Virus record (IMG/VR): IMGVR_UViG_3300045988_176635
Coordinates: 1-32,000 of that record
Strand: one strand, 5' to 3'
From: a virus
Length of the DNA stretch: 32,000 bases
Part shown: piece by piece, positions 26,509 to 32,000 of the stretch
Layout: each line of letters begins with the position of its first letter
Position numbering within the stretch: the stretch's first letter is position 1
Made by a program: the position numbers and the translations under genes
Notes under the pieces: model-generated
Seen by the model: the letters and a program-made list of their open reading frames with translations, nothing else
What the model was told of the DNA's origin: nothing
Database searches by the model: none

Positions 26509-28734
26509 TTGTGTAACGATATCAACCAGACGCTGAAGGAGGAGGTGCGCTGCAAACACTCCTTCACCATCCATTCGGCGGACGGCTTCATGGTCGTCCG
26601 CTATAAGGATGCGGATACCGGTGAGTATCTCGTCGCGTGCGGAAGCAACCTTCCGACGGCAAGCGACATCATCTACACCCTTCACGGAAAGTGGGGAATG
26701 AGCAAGAATGGGAAGTATGGACGCCAATTCGAAGTAAGCTACTTCGATATGGAGCAGCCAAAAGGTAAGGCGGCCATTGTCTCTTATTTTTGCAGCTTGA
26801 AATGCGGTATCGGGAAAGTCGTTTCCGGGCGTATCTACGCCAAATGGGGCGATGGCGTCTGGAATGTACTGGAGTCTGACCCGTCTCAACTCAAGGCTGT
26901 CAATGGCGTTACTGATAAAATAGTAACAAAGCTGATGACCAGACTGAAAGAGACGGAGTTTCAGCGGAAAATCATTGCAAAGCTCGGCGATGCAGCGGCG
27001 GCGATTACGCCAAAGATGCTCAACGACTTGGTACGCTACTGCAACAAGAATGAGCTTGACCCGCTGGATACCGTTGAGCATCATACTTATTCCCTGATGC
27101 AGGTGCGCGGCTTCGGCTTCGAAACCGTGGATAGGCTGGCGCGTGCGCTGCCGGATTTTGACCCCGCGAGGTCGGCACGCCTTATCGCATCCCTTGCTTA
27201 TATTTTCGAGCAAAAATCTATGGAAGGCCATGTGTGCGTTCCAAAGGACGAACTGCTCGGTGAGATGACCAAGGTGCTTAATGCTGGCTTCCATAACGCA
27301 GTGTCCGAGGACAGCTGCAAAGAGGCGCTGAACCTTGCGTACAAGATGAAGGCCATCAAGGTCACAGCCAACATGGTCTATTCCACCAAATCCTTTGAGG
27401 AGGAGACGGGGATTGTCAAAGATATTCGCCGCATTATGAGCGCTTCCGATTCTAAAATCACAGAAATTGATACCTTTATCGAAGAGTACGAAGATGCGAA
27501 CTTCAAGCTGGCCGACAGCCAGCGAGACGCCGTACACGGTGTTTTTGAGCATCAGGTCGAAATCATCACTGGCGGACCAGGCACGGGCAAAACAACAGTC
27601 ACAAAGGCTGTTCTCTATGTCCATCAGCAAGTGTTCGGTGGAGATTCCAATGCTGTGCTTCTGGCTCCGACGGGAAGAGCCGCAAGAAGAATGTCTGAGG
27701 CAACCGGCTTTCCAGCACAGACCATTCATTCTGCTATCGGTTACACCGGAGTACCGGAGCTGGACAACCGCAACGAGGGCTTCCTGGAGGGAAACTTGTT
27801 TATTATTGACGAGTCCTCCATGATGGACCAATTCATCGCTGCGAAACTTCTGTCCATGATTCCTGATGGAGCAAAGGTCGTCTTTGTCGGCGACCCTGAC
27901 CAGCTGCCATCTGTCGGTGCCGGTAATGTGCTTCGCGAAATGATTCGCAGCAAGGCTGTTCCAACAACCAGACTGAGCGTCATTTTCCGTCAGGCACAGG
28001 ATAACCCCATTGTTGGGAATAGCCTGAAAATCAACCAGGGCTGCACAAACCTCACTTTTACTAACACATTCTGTTTCATTGAGCGGTCTGCACCGGAAGA
28101 AATTCTCCGCACCGCCTGCGCGTTCTATGTGAAAGCGGTGAAGAAATTTGGTCTGGAGAATGTGATTCTGCTGAATCCGTTCCGGAACAAGGGCCTGCTC
28201 TCCGTCAACGAGTTCAACCGCCAGCTCCAGAATCTTATCAATCCACCCATAGAAGGGGAGGAGAGCATCAAGATTCGAAAGCTGGAGTTTCGTCCGCGTG
28301 ATTTGGTCATGCAGACGAAAAACACGGAAATCGCTATGAACGGCGATATTGGCGTTATCCATGAAATCAGCAAAATGCCGGACCCGGACGATATGAACAG
28401 ATGGACTTACATCGCGTCTATCGAATTCAACGGGGACGGCAAACGCCATGACTATACGCCTGAGATGATGCAGGACCTTGACCTTGCTTACTGCACAACC
28501 GTGCATAAAAGTCAAGGGTCAGAGTACCAAACCGTCATCATGGTGGTATCCGAGGAACACAAAGTTATGCTCAAGCGCAATATCATCTATACGGGCGTGA
28601 CGAGAGCCAAGCAGAACGTCGCGTTGATTGGTCAAACAGAGGCGCTCAACACCGCCATACTGAACAACCAGACAGATGTTCGGCACACCCTTTTGGGCGA
28701 CCGGCTTCACGCTGCGTTCACGGTGATAAGTTGA
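26509..28734 (+). CDS. RecD-like ATP-dependent DNA helicase, TTG start
   Basis: Walker A ITGGPGTGKTTVTKAV; Walker B-like LFIIDESSMMD; VFVGDPDQLPSVGAGNVL; C-terminal YCTTVHKSQGSEYQTVIMVV; HhH-like RGFGFETVDRLAR; SD GGAAGGAGGTG. Confidence 0.9.
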   Translation: MCNDINQTLKEEVRCKHSFTIHSADGFMVVRYKDADTGEYLVACGSNLPTASDIIYTLHGKWGMSKNGKYGRQFEVSYFDMEQPKGKAAIVSYFCSLKCGIGKVVSGRIYAKWGDGVWNVLESDPSQLKAVNGVTDKIVTKLMTRLKETEFQRKIIAKLGDAAAAITPKMLNDLVRYCNKNELDPLDTVEHHTYSLMQVRGFGFETVDRLARALPDFDPARSARLIASLAYIFEQKSMEGHVCVPKDELLGEMTKVLNAGFHNAVSEDSCKEALNLAYKMKAIKVTANMVYSTKSFEEETGIVKDIRRIMSASDSKITEIDTFIEEYEDANFKLADSQRDAVHGVFEHQVEIITGGPGTGKTTVTKAVLYVHQQVFGGDSNAVLLAPTGRAARRMSEATGFPAQTIHSAIGYTGVPELDNRNEGFLEGNLFIIDESSMMDQFIAAKLLSMIPDGAKVVFVGDPDQLPSVGAGNVLREMIRSKAVPTTRLSVIFRQAQDNPIVGNSLKINQGCTNLTFTNTFCFIERSAPEEILRTACAFYVKAVKKFGLENVILLNPFRNKGLLSVNEFNRQLQNLINPPIEGEESIKIRKLEFRPRDLVMQTKNTEIAMNGDIGVIHEISKMPDPDDMNRWTYIASIEFNGDGKRHDYTPEMMQDLDLAYCTTVHKSQGSEYQTVIMVVSEEHKVMLKRNIIYTGVTRAKQNVALIGQTEALNTAILNNQTDVRHTLLGDRLHAAFTVIS

Positions 28735-28738
28735 AAAG

Positions 28739-28778
28739 CTGCGCGTCTTCCTGAAAAAGGAGGACGCGCAGTTTTTTT
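28739..28778 (+). terminator. rho-independent terminator after helicase gene
   Basis: CTGCGCGTCtTCC...GGAgGACGCGCAG + T7. Confidence 0.9.
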
Positions 28779-28818
28779 GTATATTTTCGGCCTTTTTGGA
28801 TATTCAGTCAGAAATAAA

Positions 28819-28847
28819 TTGACTAATAAGTGTATATGTGGGATAAT
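28819..28847 (+). promoter_or_regulatory. sigma-A type promoter of the surface protein gene
   Basis: TTGACT (28819-28824), 17-nt spacer, GATAAT (28842-28847). Confidence 0.7.
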
Positions 28848-28890
28848 ATATAGAGCGGAACCCCAAAAATTTTGAAAGGAGAAATTTTGC

Positions 28891-29988
28891 ATGAATAGGA
28901 AAAACCGTGTGTGTTCCGCCGCACTCTCGGCAGTTCTGACGCTTACGCTGGTCACAGCACCGGCACAAGCTCTCGACACTGCTGGGGCGGAGAGGACAGA
29001 AGGGGGCTATGCCGTAATGCAGGCCGTGTCCGGCCTCAGTATCGGCGAAATCGACAGCAGCGGCATCATCTACAACGGAAAAGCACAGACGCCGACACCA
29101 AAAATCACAGTGGGCGGTACGGAGCTGGTTGCTGGTACTGACTTCCGGATGGAATACAGCAACAATGTTCACGCCGGCACGGGAATTGCGTACATTCTCG
29201 GAATGGGAAAGTATGCAGGGTATGTTGGCAGCTGTGAGTTCACCATTCACCCCGCTCAGTTAGTCGTGAAGGTGGACGATGTGCAGGATGTCAAGGACCC
29301 GGCCTCCTACACCTACACGATTCTTCAGGGGACACTTGCTTCCGGAGATTCGCTTGGACAGCCGCAGTATTCCGTGAAGGATAACGGGAACAGCACCAAG
29401 ACGGTCAGCGCGACCTTCCAGGACAACGCCGATTACGAAATCACGGTTCTGCCCGGTACTCTGACGATTGTCCAGACGCTCGGCACCGTCGTTATCAGCG
29501 GACCGTCCAACGTCTTCTACAACGGCAGTGCTCAGACGCCGAAGCCCACCGTTCAGGACGCTTCCACCGGAAAGACGCTGACAGAGGGACGGGACTACAA
29601 TCTCGTTTACCGCAACAACGTCAATGCTGGCAAGGCCAGCGTCACCATCAACGGAATCGGCAGCTACAGCAAGGTCAGCGAGATGCGTGAGTTCACCATC
29701 CAGGCCGCTCCCATCACGGTGCGCATCCGCGACGTGCGTTGCAGCATCCGAGATACAGACCCGACCTTCCGCTATGACATCACCAGCGGCAGTCTCGCCC
29801 CCGGCGACAGCCTCGGTTCGCCTCGTTATTCCGTCTATTCCAAGACGGGCTACTCTTATGGCCCGTACTTTGGCATCCGTGCGGAATTCCCTGTGAACCC
29901 AAATTATGCTATTACGGTTCGTGAAGGAACAATGACCTACTATGATGTCAAGGTCGATGATGACGTCATTAGCACGACTTCCGCGTAG
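28891..29988 (+). CDS. secreted surface protein, N-terminal part (MBG/Ig-like repeats); frame broken at 3' end
   Basis: Signal peptide; repeated IIYNGKAQTPTPKITV / VFYNGSAQTPKPTV domains with YTYTI../YEITVLPGTLTI. Confidence 0.75.
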   Translation: MNRKNRVCSAALSAVLTLTLVTAPAQALDTAGAERTEGGYAVMQAVSGLSIGEIDSSGIIYNGKAQTPTPKITVGGTELVAGTDFRMEYSNNVHAGTGIAYILGMGKYAGYVGSCEFTIHPAQLVVKVDDVQDVKDPASYTYTILQGTLASGDSLGQPQYSVKDNGNSTKTVSATFQDNADYEITVLPGTLTIVQTLGTVVISGPSNVFYNGSAQTPKPTVQDASTGKTLTEGRDYNLVYRNNVNAGKASVTINGIGSYSKVSEMREFTIQAAPITVRIRDVRCSIRDTDPTFRYDITSGSLAPGDSLGSPRYSVYSKTGYSYGPYFGIRAEFPVNPNYAITVREGTMTYYDVKVDDDVISTTSA

Positions 29989-31310
29989 TTGTCAATGATG
30001 TCTACTATGACGGCACCTATCAGGAGCCGACGGTAAAGGTCTATGACCGCTATAACAACCGTCTGACGGAAGGCGAGGACTACACTCTGAGCTTCTCCAA
30101 CAACAGACAGGTCGGCACGGCAACTGTCTTTGTTACCGGCATCAATAGTTACCGAGGCTCGTATGCCACGGAGCATTTCGAAATTCTTTCCAATCACTCC
30201 AAACCGACGAATGACCGGTATACCATCGACGCTTCCGCTTCCGATGGCGGCCGCATTTCTCCGTCTGGCACGAATACCGTGCGGGATGGTGCGGATAAGA
30301 CTTTCAACTTCTATGCGAACAGTGGCTATGAGATTATCGGCGTCTATGTCGATAACGAGTATGTCGGAACCAAGAGCAGCTACACCTTCCGCGATGTCAG
30401 CAAGGACCACGAGATTTACGTTGAGTTCGCAAAGCGTAATTCCTCTAACTCCAGATATGATATCACCATTCGCTCCAGCTATGGCGGTACGGTAACGCCC
30501 AATGACAGCGGCAGTGTCACCGTTGCCAGAGGAAATAGCCGCACGTTCTACTTTGAACCCGATGCAGGCTATCGGATTTCTGCCGTTTATGTGGACGGTT
30601 CTCTGGTTTCCACCCGCAACAATCAGTACACCTTCACCAACGTCAGAGATGACCACCGCCTCGACGTGGAGTTCACCAGAATCAACGGGTACTGGGGCAA
30701 TGCCGGCAACTGGTATCCCGGTGGACCGAACCATGACTGGACTCCGGGCTGGAAGAATCCGTACTATGACGTGAGCAACTCTGCATGGTACTACAACGAG
30801 CTGTGCTACATGACTTCTCGCGGCATCGTCAACGGTGTGTCCAATGACGTATTCTCCCCGAACACGCCCGTTTCTCGCGGTGAGCTGGTTCTGCTCCTGT
30901 ACCGTATCTGCGGAAGCCCAAATCCCGGACGTCACACCTACTTCAACGATGTCGCTGCTTCCTCTCCCTTTGCTCATGCAATCTACTGGGCTGCGGAGAA
31001 CGGCATTGTCACCGGCTACGGTGATAACTCCTTTAAGCCGTATGCCGCCGTTACTCGTGAGCAGGCAGCCGCTATCCTGTACCGCTACGCTACCTACCGT
31101 GGCTTCGCTTACTATCAGGAGACTGGCGTGCTGAACGCTTACGCTGATTTCTACGCGGTTTCTTCTTACGCCGTTCGCCCGCTGAGCTGGGCAGCGACCA
31201 ATGGCATTGTCGTGGGGCAGTCGAACCAAACGCTTGGTCCGCAGTACCACATGACGAGAGCTGAAACCATTGTCATGCTCTATCGCTTCTGCACCATGTT
31301 CGGCCAGTGA
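29985..31310 (+). CDS. same surface protein continued in another frame: Ig-like, InlB-like repeats, three SLH-like domains
   Basis: VVVNDVYYDGTYQEPTVKVYD...TLSFSNNRQVGTATVFVTGINSYRG; GYRISAVYVDGSLVSTRNNQYTFTNV; FNDVAASSPFAHAIYWAAENGIVTGYGDNSFKPYAAVTREQAAAILYRYA. No independent start at this point. Confidence 0.7.
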   Translation, partial: VVVNDVYYDGTYQEPTVKVYDRYNNRLTEGEDYTLSFSNNRQVGTATVFVTGINSYRGSYATEHFEILSNHSKPTNDRYTIDASASDGGRISPSGTNTVRDGADKTFNFYANSGYEIIGVYVDNEYVGTKSSYTFRDVSKDHEIYVEFAKRNSSNSRYDITIRSSYGGTVTPNDSGSVTVARGNSRTFYFEPDAGYRISAVYVDGSLVSTRNNQYTFTNVRDDHRLDVEFTRINGYWGNAGNWYPGGPNHDWTPGWKNPYYDVSNSAWYYNELCYMTSRGIVNGVSNDVFSPNTPVSRGELVLLLYRICGSPNPGRHTYFNDVAASSPFAHAIYWAAENGIVTGYGDNSFKPYAAVTREQAAAILYRYATYRGFAYYQETGVLNAYADFYAVSSYAVRPLSWAATNGIVVGQSNQTLGPQYHMTRAETIVMLYRFCTMFGQ

Positions 31311-31320
31311 ACCGCTGGGG

Positions 31321-31535
31321 TTCTTGAGTTCTCAGGTTCCGAACAGACAGGTTTTGAAAATTGAAAATCGTAGGGTATGATGGCGTTACATTAAAGAAGT
31401 ATCTCTCATGAAATTGACTTGATACTTCGCTGGGACAAGCGCATTCGGAACTGTCCGCAGGGAAGAATCGCTTGTCCTTTTTTTTTAATGTGCAAGCTAC
31501 AACCACAAAAATTATTTCGAAAAGGAGAAAAAATC
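31321..31535 (+). promoter_or_regulatory. conserved module, variant copy G, with a terminator-containing leader
   Basis: Octamers TTCTTGAG/TTCTCAGG/TTCCGAAC; TTGAAA 31354-31359; 16-nt spacer; TATGAT 31376-31381; GAAGTATC 31396-31403 paired with GATACTTC 31421-31428. Confidence 0.75.
31433..31486 (+). terminator. terminator/attenuator between promoter G and the last CDS
   Basis: GGACAAGCG (31433-31441) ... CGCTTGTCC (31469-31477) + T9. Confidence 0.8.
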
Positions 31536-32000
31536 ATGTCTGAGTACACCAACAACCTGAACGTCGTCTCCACCTACAAGGGCGAAAAGAGCGTCAGCAT
31601 TACCGGCACGTTCCAGTGCGGCATCCACTTCCCCAAGAGTGGGGCAAAGCCGTTCAAGGTCATCGAGCGCACATCTAAGAACAACAAGCAGTACAAGCAG
31701 ATTGCCTGTACTGTTGTTATCTCCCCGGATGACCGCAAGAACAACAACGGCAATCCTTTCTCTTCTGTCTATTACGATGGGAAGTACCTGACCTTCAAGG
31801 AGTTCCTGGAAACCACCGGCGTCGAGCTTATCAAGGGCAAGCTGTATGCCGGCGTGTTCATGGACCGCAGCACGATGGGCCTGTATCAGGTCATGGGCGA
31901 CCCCAATTTGACCTTCAAGCAGAACATCGTTCTCTCCGGCGAACTGTCCGTCTATACGGATAAGGAAGGGAAGAAGCGTGCCGCTTTCGGCCGCGTGTCC
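31536..32000 (+). CDS. hypothetical protein, truncated by window end
   Basis: MSEYTNNLNVVSTYKGEKSVSITGTFQCGIHFPKSGAKPFKVIER..., AAAAGGAG SD; open to the window edge. Confidence 0.7.
   Translation, partial: MSEYTNNLNVVSTYKGEKSVSITGTFQCGIHFPKSGAKPFKVIERTSKNNKQYKQIACTVVISPDDRKNNNGNPFSSVYYDGKYLTFKEFLETTGVELIKGKLYAGVFMDRSTMGLYQVMGDPNLTFKQNIVLSGELSVYTDKEGKKRAAFGRVS

Noticed and set aside
26377-28515. 712-aa minus-strand ORF opposite the helicase gene
   Set aside because: The + strand encodes a clear RecD-like helicase with Walker motifs. The antisense ORF has no recognisable domains and is a codon-bias shadow.
29965-29990. Programmed -1 ribosomal frameshift site
   Set aside because: No X XXY YYZ slippery heptamer or clear downstream pseudoknot seen at the junction; mutation or sequence error is simpler.
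29940-31250. 436-aa minus-strand ORF
   Set aside because: Opposite clear InlB-like/SLH coding sequence on the + strand.
1-32000. tRNA or rRNA genes
   Set aside because: No convincing cloverleaf or rRNA-like segment noticed in the intergenic regions; a tRNAscan-SE/Infernal run would be needed to exclude them formally.

Overview
Bacillota/Clostridia-like accessory DNA, probably a large prophage, phage or plasmid-type element. The genes are almost all on the + strand. They include many small hypotheticals, an element-encoded sigma-70 factor, a sigma4/alpha-CTD/MmcB-like fusion, a YqaJ-type exonuclease, a RecD-like helicase, a radical SAM plus ATP-grasp-like pair, and SLH-type secreted proteins. 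The most notable observations are: (1) an IscB/RRXRR-HNH family protein (320-1675) in which, by eye, three of four RuvC catalytic positions are replaced. Its canonical N-terminus is cut off by an in-frame TAA, and it sits directly downstream of three ~36-nt direct repeats with unique intervals (91-256). (2) Immediately downstream, a previously unlisted 28-aa type I toxin candidate with an SD-sequestering hairpin and a convergent antisense RNA promoter. (3) Seven dispersed upstream modules with fixed geometry: 8-bp iterons, then 38-40 bp to a GGTATGCT-type -10, then 20 nt to GAAGTATC. Six of them continue into a covarying hairpin leader. They may form a regulon controlled by the element's own sigma factor or an element activator. 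All family calls come from motif recognition by eye; no database search was run.
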